NCBI GenBank assembly: GCA_964016885.1 | Contig: CAXHJY010001692.1 | Coordinates: 149,226-213,225 of the forward strand | Source of the DNA: Eledone cirrhosa | Lineage: Eukaryota | Length of the DNA: 64,000 bases | Direction: 5' to 3' | Part shown: piece after piece, positions 43,313 through 57,952 of the stretch | How positions within the stretch are numbered: the first letter of the stretch is position 1 | Layout of the letters: every line of letters starts with the position of its first letter | Made by a program: the position numbers and the translations under genes | The notes under the pieces: model-generated | Databases searched by the model: none | Told to the model about the DNA's origin: nothing | The model's input: the letters and a program-made list of their open reading frames with translations, nothing else

Positions 43313-43603
43313 TTAAATATACGATGTCAACAAACATCGTTTATACGAAGCCGATCACTCAGACTTTTATGAAGCGATAGGGGAATAATGTTAATATAAA
43401 AAAATGAGTAGACAAGCGTGGAGATGCTAAAAATCGCTTATAAAGTAGGGCGAAGACTCTTAAAAGACAGAAAAAGAAATTGCTATCTGTCAATGGCAAC
43501 TCCTTTTTCCGTCTTTAATGGTTTTCACTGTATTTTTACAGTCTATTCTATATGATATATATTCTTGTTAGAACATTGCGCATTGATGAACCCTGAAATA
43601 GCA

Positions 43604-43692
<89 letters not shown>

Positions 43693-43696
<4 letters not shown>

Positions 43697-43996
43697 GGAG
43701 GTGAGTTTTATTGTAGTACAATAAAGCAATGCAGATATCGGATAAGAAGCACTCTACAGTTTGTAGGACTGGAGTATACATAATATATATAATATATAAG
43801 ATCAAAAGATGGTTAAAAGAGTTCCATGTATTTTATTATGCGCATTTCAAAAACAAATATCATCATGCAATAATATTTGTGTTTTCATCAGATAAAATAG
43901 GAAGACATGATATGAAGGTTAAAAAACACTTGTGGATAGTGCAGTTTTGAATCAACATATGAAAAGTAGTTTTAGATTGATGTGTGATATTGGGAA

Positions 43997-44027
<31 letters not shown>

Positions 44028-44245
44028 TTTTCCCAATATCACACATCAATCTAAAACTACTTTTCATATGTTGATTCAAAACTGCACTATTCACAAGTGT
44101 TTTTTAACCTTCATATCATGTCTTCCTATTTTATCTGATGAAAACACAAATATTATTGCATGATGATATTTGTTTTTGAAATGCGCATAATAAAATACAT
44201 GGAACTCTTTTAACCATCTTTTGATCTTATATATTATATATATAT
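43693..44245. mobile_element. Head-to-head palindromic HHR element (arms ~43783-44000 and ~44026-44245)
   Basis: Near-perfect inverted repeat centred on an A/(AT)n run; HHR core 44135-44187; ~90-nt left tail also found alone at 61841-61956. Confidence 0.9.
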
Positions 44246-44656
44246 ATATATGCCAGCGTGGAAGATGGATGTTAAACAATGATGATGGTGATATATATGT
44301 GTGCAGGAGATTCTCCGTGAGGACGAGTGCATATTTTCTAGCATGGCAGATATTTCTTCAAAACATATTTTACTTTCTCTTCCTTTTCATCATTTAAGAT
44401 TGAACCTTTTTTCCCTCTTAACATAACTCTCTCTCCCTCTTCCAAGACGGACTATCATCGGAAATGTTTTACGTTTTCAATGGTTGTTCAGGTGTGGTTC
44501 CTGTTTTTTTTGTTTTTTTCTTTTTTGCTGATCCAAGCACACATATACATACATTGGTGTATGTATATATGCATTTATGTATGTATATAAGTGCATACTA
44601 GAAAAATCAATTACAAATTTATGAATCATTTTAACGTTGATATTGATATATTGATT

Positions 44657-44833
44657 ATATATATATATATATATATTTGCATATATATATATATACAAAT
44701 ATAAATATGTATATATGTATACACATTTATATGTATATATGTATATGTATGTATATATATGTATGTACACATATATATGTATGTATATGAATATGTATAT
44801 ATATATGCATGAATATGTATATATATATATATA

Positions 44834-44909
<76 letters not shown>

Positions 44910-45018
44910 CATATATATATATACAAATATAAATATGTATATATGTATACACATTTATATGTATATGTATGTATATATATATATATATGTATATGAATAT
45001 GTATATATATATGTATGA

Positions 45019-45059
<41 letters not shown>

Positions 45060-45198
45060 TATGTTTATATATATATGTATGAATATGTTTATATATATAT
45101 GTATGAATATGTTTATATATATATGAATATGTATATATGTATAAGTATATATATATATATATATGTTTATATATATATGAATATGTATATATGTATAA

Positions 45199-45251
<53 letters not shown>

Positions 45252-45650
45252 TTTGAATATATATATGTATAAGCATTATCTATTAATATTTGTAAAATAC
45301 CAGCATGTGGTGAGTGTATAGATATGTTTGCCATTAACTTAATTCTAGGTTATATATTTAAGATTATGAACACAAACTGTCTGAAACAGTCTGATTAATT
45401 AGATCTTACTTAACTTAAAACTATTTCAAAGCAACTAAATGGATGGTAAGAATCACCCCACAGCGCAGTACTCTATGGTGGGAAATATATACTTTTTCAG
45501 AAAATAGCTATTATGGCCGCGACTACATCTTACTTAAAAAATAGCTGCCATTATGACGTGTTTTAATTTCTATTTATATGTGATTTTATAGAAAATATTT
45601 TGCTAGTGAAAGAAGTCTTACATTTAACTACCTATGTTTGTATTTGCATG

Positions 45651-45683
<33 letters not shown>

Positions 45684-46332
45684 TTGTTTGTATATATATG
45701 TTTGTTTGTATATATATGTCTGTAAGTATATATGTATGTTTGTTTGTTTATATATGTCTGTATGTATATATGTATTTGTGTATATGTATATATATGTATA
45801 TATATCTGTGTATATATATATATGTATATATATATGTGTATATATATATGTATATATATGTATATGTATATATATATATGTATATATATCTATATGTATA
45901 TATATATATATGTGTATATATATATATATGTATATATATCTATATGTATATATATGTATATGAATATATGTATATGTATATATATATGAATATATATGTA
46001 TATGTATATATATATGAATATATATGTATATGTATATATATATGAATATATATGTATATGTATATATATATGAATATATATGTATATATATATGTATATG
46101 TATATATATTTATATGTATATATGTATACATATGTATATTTATATGTATATATGTATACATATGTATTTATATATATATATGTATATATATATATGTCTA
46201 TGTATATATATGTATATATATGTATATATATGTATATGTATATATATATGTATATTTATGTATATATATATGTATGTATATGTATGTTTATGCATGTACA
46301 TGTATGTATGTGTATGTATGTACATATATATA
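44657..46332. repeat. Two (TA)n-rich microsatellite blocks (44657-45270, 45634-46332)
   Basis: Direct reading. Confidence 0.9.
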
Positions 46333-46601
46333 GACTGTATTCATAAGAAATATGAACGGATGTCTAAGCCTGCGTGTATAAGAGCCTGAGGCATCATAAT
46401 TATATATATATTTATTACAATTATTTATATATTTACTTGTTTGTTTATTTGGTTCTATCTGTACAAATATCTAATACACATTAAACATAACATTGAGCCT
46501 CTCAGAGAACAATCTTTAATTAGTGATATTCATTAATACTTGATTAACACGATGGCTTCTGGGAGTTTATTTCTCTCTCTCTCATCCCCCCTCTCTCTCT
46601 C

Positions 46602-46647
<46 letters not shown>

Positions 46648-46649
46648 GT

Positions 46650-47940
46650 TCTACATTATCAGGAAAGATCTTTGAACAAAAGTGAAACTAGCTATGAAAA
46701 TATGGTTGCCCTCTAAAGTGTGTGTGTGTATGTGTAAATATGTATATATGTGTGTATGTATGTATGTATGTGTGTGTATGTATGTATGTGTGTGTGTATG
46801 TATGTATGTGTGTGTATGTATGTATGTATGTGTGTGTGTATATATATATGTATGTGTATATTTATATTTGGGGAGGGCCATATTGTTATAATATTGCCAT
46901 AAATAATAACAGAACACACCGACTGTTTGGTTTGGGTTGGTTTTCGCTTCTCTATCATAGTTAATTTATTTGGCAATCAATGTTTATCATTGATTGACCA
47001 ACTGTTAAAAATATAGATATAAATATATATATATATAGTCTATCAAAGTTCTTTTGTCACACATCTGTGACATCATCAGTGGTACTATTATGTTTCCTTC
47101 CGTTATATTGTAATGTCTACACCATTTTTATTTAATTAATTCAGTTATTTATTCTTGTGTCTGTCTCTGCTTGCGCATGCGGTTGCGTGTGTGTTTTCTG
47201 TTTGGTGTCTATGTTTGTGTTTGACTCTGTGATTTTGTATTCTATCTTTATTCCCTATTGTGTGTTTATGTATGTTAGTTGTTGTTGTACTTGTGTATAT
47301 ATCTCTCTATTTATATTTCCCTTAAGACAGTATTGATTGTTTGTGTATGGTTGTTGTTATTATTCCATTCGTTTTTTTCTGTTCAACTTTGTTCTTCTCA
47401 GTTCTATTTCATTTGCTTCTCTGATTTGTCTACCCGTTGAGTCATTTCTATGTTTAGATACTGTTTTAATTTCTATGTTGTCTACATTACGGTCATGTCT
47501 TTGTCTGGCGTGTTCGTATCGTACTGAACAGTTTTTTTGTCCTTTTAATTCCCCCCGATGTTGGTCTATTCTTTCTCCTATGCTACGAGCTGTCTCACCT
47601 ATGTATGTTGTTGTCATGTTTCTGCAAGTACCATCTGTACATCTTATGCTATAGACTATATTTCTAGTTTTACAGTTTATCTGGGGGTTCATTCTACATT
47701 TAAAACATTTATTCGTACAGTGGATTTTGTTGATCAGGAATTTTATGGTAGTTCCTGGCTTTTCTACCACTTTAATTTTAAGTGGGTCTTTCTTAGGGCC
47801 TTTCTACATTGCTTCGCTAATTTCCCTCCAGGTGTTGCATCCACGAACATAACACTCTGGTATCTCTGGTTATCGTACCATGAGGTGGCTTTCCCCATCT
47901 TATGTTTAGTCCTATCTAAGCTATTCCATGATTTTCTCCT
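46650..47940 (-). mobile_element. 5'-truncated PLE related to the 34190-36905 element (GIY-YIG plus 3' terminal region)
   Basis: ORF 47360-47770: IVYSIRCTDGTC..YIGETARSIGERIDQH; homologous HHR CTGATGA-T-GTCAC..GTGAC-AAAA at 47040-47090. Confidence 0.88.
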
Positions 47941-48205
47941 ATATATATATATATATATATGGCCTGCCCGCCCTGCCAGTGGGATGCGTTATCTTATGGC
48001 TAAAACAGCACGACGTGCTGTGACCAGCGGCGCCGATTGGCACCCGATAGACTAGTCGGTTAAGGTGATCAAGGTGATATATATACGTATATGTGCGTAT
48101 AGTAGTTTCTGTCGCTAATGCTTGCATGTATTTTATGTTTCATTAAATCTTCATTGTCTGTGTTTATGGCAGTGTATTCTTTTTCGGGAGGGGTTTTGTT
48201 TTGTT

Positions 48206-48355
48206 GTTTCTGATTGAGGCACAAGGCCAACAGTTTTAAATGAGGGGTAAGACGATTAAATCGACCCCAGTGCGTCACAGGTACTTTATGTTATCGACCC
48301 CGTAAGGATGAAAGGCAAAACGAACCTTGGTGGGCTCTGAACTCAGAACATAAAG
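48206..48355 (-). mobile_element. tRNA-SINE family A fragment
   Basis: ATCGACCCCGTAAGGATGAAAGGCAAA. Confidence 0.8.
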
Positions 48356-48384
48356 AGACGTAGAGGTAAGGGTTTCTCAGGAGA

Positions 48385-48647
48385 TCTGGACAGTTGGTTT
48401 GGACAGTTGGTCTGGACTGTAGGTCTGGGCAGTAGGTCTGGGCTGTAGGTCTGGGCTGTAGATCTGGACTGTAGGTCTGGGCTGTAGGTCTGGACTGTAG
48501 ATCTGGACAGTTGGTCTGCACAGTTGGTCTGACTGTACGTCTAGGCTGTAGGTCTGGACTGTAGGTCTGGACAGTAGGTCATGGCTGTAGGTCTGGACAG
48601 TAGGTCTGGGCTGTAGGTCTGGAATGTAGGTATGGGCTGTAGGTCTG
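48385..48647. repeat. 13-bp minisatellite (GCTGTAGGTCTGG), ~20 copies
   Basis: Direct reading. Confidence 0.92.
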
Positions 48648-49367
48648 AGAGAAGAAACACCTTTCAAGAGAGCAGAAACGATAACTACAAATCATTCTAA
48701 CCGGCGTTCTGACAATATGATGTACAAACTAAACCTAATAAACTGTGAACTTCTTAAACCAACGACTGTATACTGCTGTCCATAATCAAAAACAACTCGT
48801 ATAGAAGCATGAACATAGTTCAGTGGTCTGTTAGTGTGAATGACAGGTTGTATTTGTTTTCACACACTCACACACTCACACTGTGTGTGTGTAAAAAAAG
48901 CAAACGACAGAATGCATTGAAGAAATATATTAGTTTGACGCTTGAAATAAGAGGCAAATAATCTTAACGCTTCGGACACAAGTTCTTCATCAGGAGATAT
49001 AATTAGAAATAAAGGATAAAATAGAAAGATAAAGAGTGAGAAGAGAAATGAACAAAAAAAAACCCAGAAAAATATGAAAAAAAAAACCACACGTGCTTAT
49101 TCAGTCAATATAGACTTTTCAACAGCTGATGCACTCTAACTAATGAATCATTATGCAGGTGGCTGACATCAGTACTTGCAGTGCAATTTTATATAAAAGA
49201 GAAAGCCGTGTGTTTCTTCTCCCTAATGCACTAATATCATATAGCAGCGTGAAACTTAACCTAGTAAATTATTCTACTACATATGGTGTATTACACTCTA
49301 GCGGGATTTTGTTGACACACGCTTGAAACAAATACTATATATTGAATACAATATATATATATAACAC

Positions 49368-49401
<34 letters not shown>

Positions 49402-49467
49402 GTATATATAAATATATATATATATATGTATATATAAAAATATATATATATATATGTATATGTATAA

Positions 49468-49499
<32 letters not shown>

Positions 49500-49565
49500 A
49501 AAAGAAACCAAAGAACGCTTACATACAAGTTTTCACTTGCTTACAATGATTCATCCATACCGTTG

Positions 49566-49622
<57 letters not shown>

Positions 49623-49698
49623 GTGTATATATATATGTATATATGTGTATATATATATATATGTATATATATATATACAAAGAACATATGCGTATATA

Positions 49699-49771
<73 letters not shown>

Positions 49772-49789
49772 GTGTATATATATATGTAT

Positions 49790-49832
<43 letters not shown>

Positions 49833-49847
49833 CAAAGAACATATGCG

Positions 49848-49985
<138 letters not shown>

Positions 49986-50110
49986 AAGAACATGCGTATA
50001 TTTAATGGAACTACTCAGTTCATAGCACTACATTTACCCAGTGCAGATTCTTGCAAGAGACTCTCTCTCTCTCTCTCTCTTTCTCTCTGTCTGCCCCCTC
50101 TCTCTCTCTC

Positions 50111-50162
<52 letters not shown>

Positions 50163-50211
50163 TCTCACACACACACTCTCTCTCTCTCTCTCTCTGTCTT
50201 TCTCTGTATGA

Positions 50212-50420
50212 AGACGCGTGGTCGAGTGGTTAGAGAATTGGATTCGGAATCGTAAGGTTGTGAGTTCGATTCCTGGAGCAGGCGATGCGTTATGTCCTTG
50301 AGCAAGACACTTTACTTCACGTTGCTCCTTCTACCTGGAGTTGTGACCGATGGATAGTATTTGCAATTGGAAAGGCCAATGGAAACATTGCTTCCTCGGT
50401 CCGATTTGACGAAAATCGAT
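50212..50420 (+). mobile_element. tRNA-derived SINE family B (CORE-like)
   Basis: A box TGGTCGAGTGG, B box GTTCGATTCC, then GTCCTTGAGCAAGACACTTTACTTCAC resembling the SINE CORE domain. Confidence 0.8.
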
Positions 50421-50431
50421 CGACTGTCGAT

Positions 50432-50499
<68 letters not shown>

Positions 50500-50501
<2 letters not shown>

Positions 50502-50747
50502 TAGGGCGGGTAAAATTCCCGAGATCCATGGACGAGTTCTCTCCAGTGGCTCTGTCCCGGCGATGTCCTGCGTCTCCAACAGACCAGTGTCTGTCTCTAG
50601 GGCATCAACATACTTTAACCTTTGGTCTTCCTCTTCCAGTGTGTCCACGTAGGGGCTCCCACAGGAGCACTGAGTGCAATGTCAACTCTGGATGTCGGTG
50701 AGCATGTCCAGCTAACCTCAGTCTTCTCTGTGTCACTTTTGAGCTGA

Positions 50748-50748
<1 letters not shown>
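50500..50748 (-). pseudogene. RTE-clade LINE C-terminal fragment
   Basis: Minus strand translates RRLRLAGHAHRHPELTLHSVLLWEPLRGHTGRGRP /frameshift/ KYVDALETDTGL, typical of RTE ORF ends; bounded by (TA)n. Confidence 0.8.
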
Positions 50749-50818
<70 letters not shown>

Positions 50819-50890
50819 GTTATTCCGGGTTGAATCGGAGGTAACCACAGTAAGTACTCAATACATTGTAGAATCTCATCTATATTAAAA

Positions 50891-50945
<55 letters not shown>

Positions 50946-51200
50946 CACTACATTTGTGCTCCTACGCGTTACCGAGTCAACCTTCCGGCTGTCTTCATTT
51001 TCTATCGTTGTGTCTTTAGGCGAACCTTTTTTCAGTTTCTCCATTGCAAGCCTGTCTCTTTTGTACCATTGAAGAAGGACTTAAGCCCGACACGTCGAAC
51101 TTTCTTTCCACTTTCCTTTCAATATAAAGCGTGAAACTAATAAGACTTTTCGTACCTCTATTTGTGGTCTCGTTGAACTATTTAATATACACATTATTTG

Positions 51201-51262
<62 letters not shown>

Positions 51263-51817
51263 AGGCGGATGGTTGTATATATATTGTCAAAGGTCTTGGG
51301 TCACGCACACACGCATGTATATAAATAAACATACACACACAAATTAAATATGTATATATACTTGTGTGTATATAAAAGAACATACACACACTAACTAAAT
51401 ATATATATGTGTGTGTGTGTTTGTGTATGCATATAAATACACACACTAATTAAATATATATATATATATATATGTGTGTGCGTATGTGCATATAAATACA
51501 CATACACACAATAATTATATACATATATATATATATATATAAACGGAAAAAATGAAACGATATTTCATTTCCCACTCTTAGTACGGCTGTTACGTAAATA
51601 TAAGTATGTACACGTACATACATATATGTATACAGACGTACAGTAGTATGTACATATATATATACATACCTGCACACATATATATGTACGTATGGATTCA
51701 CCGAACATTTATTATAATGCTCGGTGTGTTTGTAAACAAACATCCCGTATTAAGCCGTAGTGTCTAGCAACCGTGGTTGCTCGTTTGTTCAATACTGACA
51801 AAGGAACGCTGTACTAG

Positions 51818-51865
<48 letters not shown>

Positions 51866-51867
<2 letters not shown>

Positions 51868-51953
51868 CGAAGGAAATATGTTAAGAACCAGATGGACCAT
51901 AACTCACTTAGCCGTCGAAAGGGCTTATCTCCGCCGTCAGGGTCCTACTCGTT

Positions 51954-51955
<2 letters not shown>
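51866..51955. mobile_element. Minimal head-to-head insertion of the 10702/56252 family
   Basis: Tail segment in minus orientation joined to an internal segment in plus orientation, between (TA)n tracts. Confidence 0.7.
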
Positions 51956-52003
<48 letters not shown>

Positions 52004-52008
<5 letters not shown>

Positions 52009-52451
52009 GATATTAATAAATGGAAACTATATTTATAAAACCATATTTATTTGATTATACATATTTCAGGGATACCACATTAAATTATGGTATGCCTTCA
52101 TCAGATAAAATACAATATATAACAGTTTTACAAATAGCTTTGACGTACCCTTTTAAAATACAACCATTACTTTTGGACTATCCAGACAGCCTCCAAAAGT
52201 AATGGTTGTATTTTAAAGGGTACCTCAAAGCTATTTGTAAAACTGTTATATATTGTATTTTATCTGATGAAGGCATACCATAATTTAATGTGGTATCCCT
52301 GAAATATGTATAATGAAATAAATATGGTTTCATAAATATAGTTTCCATTTATTAATATCGTATATCTACTCCCAAAACTTGTCGAGTGCTTTATATCAGT
52401 TATAAAAATATTTACTTGTTGTATCCCAACAACTTTAAATAGAACTTTTGC
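52004..52451. mobile_element. Head-to-head palindromic HHR element (arms 52004-52177 and 52192-52365, tail to 52451)
   Basis: Near-perfect inverted repeat; HHR core 52264-52310; (TA)n on both sides. Confidence 0.9.
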
Positions 52452-52843
52452 ATATATATATATATATATATATGAGTGTCTGTGTGTGTGTTTGTGTGTG
52501 TGTGCGTGTATACGCACCTAAACTAGGTGTTTTACGAATCTGATTCCTCAACTATACACCTAGCTCCATTCCCTCTATACACCCTTGCTACGATATGTAG
52601 TGTAAAATCTAGAAATCAATATTGACTGTGGAGATGTTATTGATACCTGATTTTGTTGTTAATCTCTGGTATATTGAGAATGTCTGTTTTTAGGAGAGGA
52701 AATATCTTTCAATATACCATATTACATCCAATTATGGCTGAGACGATGTCTTATCCGCCGACACCACTTGTGTCATATCTACAGGAATAAATGTTTCTTA
52801 TCTGTAGTATATATAGCATAGAAACTGTTTCCCTGTTATGCCG

Positions 52844-53118
52844 CTACTACTACTACTACTACTACTACTACTATTAATCTTATTGCTGCTACTACTACTA
52901 TTACTATTACTACTGCTATTACTACTACTATTATTGTGCTAACACTACCACTACTGTTACTACAACAGCTGCTGCTGTTAGTACTACTACTATTACTACT
53001 ACCACTGTTACTACTACTACTAATACTACTACTACTACCACTGCTGCTACTACAACTATTACTAGTACTACCACTGCTACTACTACTACTACTGCTACTA
53101 CTACTACTACTACTGCTG

Positions 53119-53156
<38 letters not shown>

Positions 53157-53182
53157 GCTGCTGCTGATACTACTACTGCTAC
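52844..53182. repeat. (CTA)n/(CTG) microsatellite
   Basis: Direct reading. Confidence 0.95.
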
Positions 53183-53584
53183 TGAGAATTAGAGAGAGAA
53201 AAAGAGATAGACAGAGAGAGAGAGAGAGAGAGAGATAGAGGAGGATTGAACTTCTGAACACACCATTTTCTTCGTGAAACTTTATAGCAATTCTTAGGTT
53301 TGGAAGTTTTAACGGCCGTAAAATATTTTTTTTCGTGATAGGAAGGTGTTTCGAGGCGTTATGGAGAACGGTAGATTGTGAGAGGTGCGAAGAAGAGAAC
53401 ACCTCTAGTCTATAACATGTACATATATGTACTGCCCAGATAAGTATAATACCACACGAATGTTATGTTGAGATTTCAAGAATGTTAATAAAATGTTAAG
53501 TTAGTAGTTTTTACAAAACCATAAACTCTGCCACCACTATCAAGTGCTACTATCACTATAGAAACCACCAAGAATATTAATACT

Positions 53585-53785
53585 CGTTTCTACTTTTGGT
53601 ACAAGGTCAGCAATTACCCCAATGCATTACTGGTGATTTATTTTATCGACCCCCCCCCCCCCCCCCCGTAAGAATGAAAGGCAAATATAACCTCGGCGGG
53701 ATTTGAACTAAGAACGCAAAGGGCCGTAACTATATGCTGCAAAGTATGGCGTCTGGCGCTCTACCTATACTGCCAACCCACCGCC
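53585..53785 (-). mobile_element. tRNA-SINE family A
   Basis: Full-length homology to 42425-42615. Confidence 0.85.
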
Positions 53786-53834
53786 CTTATTGCCAATCCA
53801 AATGCTTTCTGGTTTACTCTTGAAAAAGAATCAT

Positions 53835-54128
53835 TCCAGGTAGAGCTGCTACTTCTCTGAACTGAGAGGTCACAGCTCTGATACTATGGGCCTGTGGTTA
53901 GAATGTCCCAGGAAAGAATCGTTGGACAGATTTTTCAGATTTTACCAACTGGTAGGAGACCCAGGAGTGGCCCCTGAGCAAGATAGGTGGATAGCTTCCA
54001 TGAAATTGGTCACGCTTGGATATCCAGCCGGATCAGTTGGAGACGGTTGTTTCTGACAGGACTCGCTGGGGGGAGTGTTTGAGGACTCTGACCCCTTGAC
54101 CCTCTCAGGAATAAGTGGGCGAAGAAAC
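53835..54128 (+). pseudogene. RTE-clade LINE 3' end, degenerate
   Basis: Translates with stops and shifts to ERSQL*YYGPVVRMSQERIVGQIFQILPTGRRPR..QPDQLETVVSDRTRWGECLRTLTP*PSQE*. Confidence 0.78.
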
Positions 54129-54130
54129 AA

Positions 54131-54526
54131 CTTTCTGATTTAGACACAAAGCGAACAGTTTTAGTGAGCGTGGGGGGGGGGGGGGGGGGTGTCGATTAAA
54201 TCGACCCCAGTGCATTACTGGTACTTTATATATCATCCCTGTAAGAATGAAAGGCAAAGCTAACCTCGGCGGGATTTGTACTCAGAACGAAAAGGGCCGT
54301 AACTCTATGCCACGAAGCAGGATGTCCGACGCTTTACCGATACTGCTAATGCTTTCTTATTCAGGGACAAAGCGTATAATTTAGGGAAGGATTAAATCGA
54401 CCTCATTGTGTTACTGGTACTTTAGTAAGGATGACAGCCAAAGCTATGCTCGGCTGGATTTGAACTCAAAACAGATGCTGCACATCATATTGTCCGATGC
54501 TCTACCGACACTGCCAATCCACCGCC
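54131..54526 (-). mobile_element. Two tandem tRNA-SINE family A copies
   Basis: Family body motifs at 54131-54347 and 54357-54526. Confidence 0.8.
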
Positions 54527-55042
54527 CTACCAAGAATACTTATAATTACAACATATTTACCAGGCTCAAGGCAGTTGGGTGTAAAAAGACTCTATACGGT
54601 CACACAGATTTCTAGAAATAGCAACGAAATCTCCCTCAAATCACACCCGACTGTCTCAAAAAGGAAATAAAACATCAAATAAGGTATTCCTAGATACAGG
54701 AAACTTGAAATTATATGATAAAATACTCCACAAAAAACAGAATGTTATTGGTTGGTATCCTACCCCCTTAAATTGAAAAAGTCGTTACAAATGACGGTAT
54801 TTGTTGAAGATTTCTACAGGTTTCCTGGGGACAGTTGACCTGGGCAGGGTTTAAACTCAGTACGCAGAGTTGGAAAGAATCACACAACATTTTCTAGCCA
54901 ACGTTTCAGCGATTCTGCCAAGTCGCCGCAGAGTATTTCCTCTTTTCCTGCAACATACGGCGTTTCTAGGACACTCTTTTAAAAACTTGGCGGCGCTCAT
55001 ATTCTCTCCAGATCTGAATACAGCAGATTTGTTCTAGATAAG

Positions 55043-55089
<47 letters not shown>

Positions 55090-55948
55090 ATGAAAGTGAG
55101 AAAGTGATATAAAGGAAGAATCAACCCCAGTTACTTTTTAATCGATCTTGAATGGAGGAAAGGCAAAGCTGACCTCGGTGGGATTTGAACTGAGAGTGCA
55201 AACGTGGAATAAAGACCAGAAGACATTCTATCCAAGGTTCTAACGATTCTGGCAATTCGCTGCCTATCTCCACATAGTATATACATACTTAAAATTAAAA
55301 AAATAAATTCAAAAGTCTGGGAAACGTTGACATAGATTGATGTTCAGGCGGCTGACATTCCATGCTCGCTACTCATGATAGAACATTTTCAGTCGACAGA
55401 CGAGAGAAGAGAGCACCACAGCGCAACGTTAAAAGAAGCGCCCAGTGTTAGCTCTTCGCTATTCTCTAAACTTTTGAAGGAAGCAGTTAAACCAGACTGG
55501 CATGCGAGGAAATCCCGTACAAACAATGTTCATAGGAGTTATGTATCGCGTGCTGTGTAGTTGAGGTGGGGTGGTATATGGGTGGCTATGTTGGGTGACA
55601 CGACTCCACCCGTTCTGTGGTCTGATCATAGGGGAATTATGACAGTAATGGGGATGATCTGTCAGACAACATTCTATTTAACAGCTAATTGTCTACGCTA
55701 TTGCATCTGACTTCGTTCAGTCTGTATATATATATGTGTGTGTGTGTGTATGTGTGTCTGTGTGTGTGTGCATAAATATGAATATGAACACACACACACA
55801 TATACAAACATAGATACACACACACACACACACACACACTTAAATATATATATATATATATACACACACACAATGCGCTTCCGAGGAGGGACGGAAGAGA
55901 ACCAGTTAAATAATGCACTTACTATATTTGTAGAGGAGCTAAATATTT

Positions 55949-55988
<40 letters not shown>

Positions 55989-56028
55989 GAGAGAGAGAGA
56001 GAGTGACAGTGTGTGTGTATACATATTC

Positions 56029-56069
<41 letters not shown>

Positions 56070-56251
56070 TGCGTGTATACACCTTCATTTAATAGATATG
56101 TGATGAGCCTTCTAAACTGGAATTTCATCTGTGCACTCGCAAGATCAACAGACACTTTTTATTTAAAATCTACTTCGTCGGTATTGAGTACTTTTACTCA
56201 CGCCTGTCAATAATACACGTGTATATATATATATATATGTATATATATATG

Positions 56252-56436
56252 GGAGAAAGTATGACCCCGACAGCAGAGCTCAAGCAGTTTCGACGGCTAT
56301 TTCTGGACTGAAATAGCTGTCGAAACGGCTTGAGCTCTGCCGTCGGGGTCATACTTTCTCCTATTTCCCAATCTACTACCCTAAGTATTCTCTGGTGCGT
56401 TATGGTCCATCTGGTTCCTTACCACATCTCCTTCGT

Positions 56437-56438
<2 letters not shown>
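56252..56438. mobile_element. Small head-to-head palindromic element (arms 56252-56304 and 56311-56361, tail to 56438)
   Basis: GGAGAAAGTATGACCCCGAC... / ...GTCGGGGTCATACTTTCTCC; (TA)n on both sides. Confidence 0.88.
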
Positions 56439-56518
<80 letters not shown>

Positions 56519-56636
56519 CTTAAGAAAGAGAAACAAAAGGAGCAAGAGATAACGAACAAAATCAACGCAAAAATAACATTTTAGAAATAAAAATACAATA
56601 CTCTACCGGCAGCAAGTAGCTGGGGGAATAAATCTG

Positions 56637-56744
56637 TATGTAGTTGATGGTTGACAGAGAAGAGTACTCAATACCGAAGTAGAGTTTTAATTAAAACTTC
56701 ACTTGGGTATTGAGTACTCCTTCTTCTCAATCGTCAACTACATA
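56637..56744. repeat. Imperfect 108-bp palindrome
   Basis: TATGTAGTTGA...GAGTACTCAATACC..TTTTAATTAAAA..GGTATTGAGTACTC...TCAACTACATA; related sequence at ~56160-56200. Confidence 0.8.
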
Positions 56745-56891
56745 AGGATATATATATATATGTGTGTGAGTGTATAAAATCTCGTCCGCGGCGCAAGCGG
56801 TTTCGGCTTGTGTGTTTAGCAAGCATGAGTGTCCTAAACCCCGGTTTAGTTGTCTCCTCTCTCTCAGCACTAAAGAAAATCCCTCTCTCGA

Positions 56892-56962
<71 letters not shown>

Positions 56963-57045
56963 TCTCTCCTCTCTCTCTCCTCTTTCTCTATCTCTCGTCT
57001 CTCTCTTTCGCTTTTCTCTCTCTTTTTCCTCTCTTTTCTTCTCTC

Positions 57046-57103
<58 letters not shown>

Positions 57104-57342
57104 TCTGTATATATATATATATATATATAAATTAAAGTATAGAAATTATTATTTCAGAATATATAAGTGACTATAACGTCAAAATAGAAAAATAGTTAAC
57201 GTAAGATGTGGGAAAATAATTCAAACTCAATTTAAAAAAAATCAAGACATAGATTAATCCATGGAATTTTGTGAAATCCAGGGAAAATCAATAGAGCCTT
57301 AACTCAGAATAAAATAAAGTCTAAATACTCATCCTTATATAC

Positions 57343-57382
<40 letters not shown>

Positions 57383-57917
57383 TATCGAGAATCGGAATTT
57401 CGGCCCACGAAATAACGAAACACAATCTTCGAAATGCGTGGCAAAGGGCTCAATAGTTTGGATAAACCAGAGCTATAACTATCGTTTAAATACAAACACA
57501 CGGAGACAATGCTTAAAATCACTCGCACAGCCGAAAAAAGCGACCAGGAAAATTCGGGTCAGACAAATAATAATATAAATGAATGAAAAATCTTAACCCG
57601 GACCCGCTAGAATGATGGTAAATTCCAGCTTTTTGGTTTCTGCGGTTCCTAAATCAGTTACCGTCAGCTTACATAAAAAATATTCGGCTTCTGGCAGAAA
57701 GATGAACGAGGAAAACCACTTTCTCAACAGGCATTTCGTTCGAATATATATATAATCGAATATATATATATAATTGAAAGCTGGTTGATTAAATATCTGC
57801 CGATTATTTCTTTAACAGCCGTGAAGCACTCCACGGTTTTTATTCATCCGGAGTTTTATTTATACACACACACACACAAATATCTTTCTATCCTCTCTCT
57901 CTCTATATATATATATT

Positions 57918-57952
<35 letters not shown>

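Noticed and set aside
50212-50285. tRNA gene
   Set aside because: No convincing cloverleaf; it continues into a SINE body with dispersed copies.
56770-57740. CpG-richer stretches as a promoter or first exon
   Set aside because: No identifiable core elements or linked exon can be supported from sequence alone.
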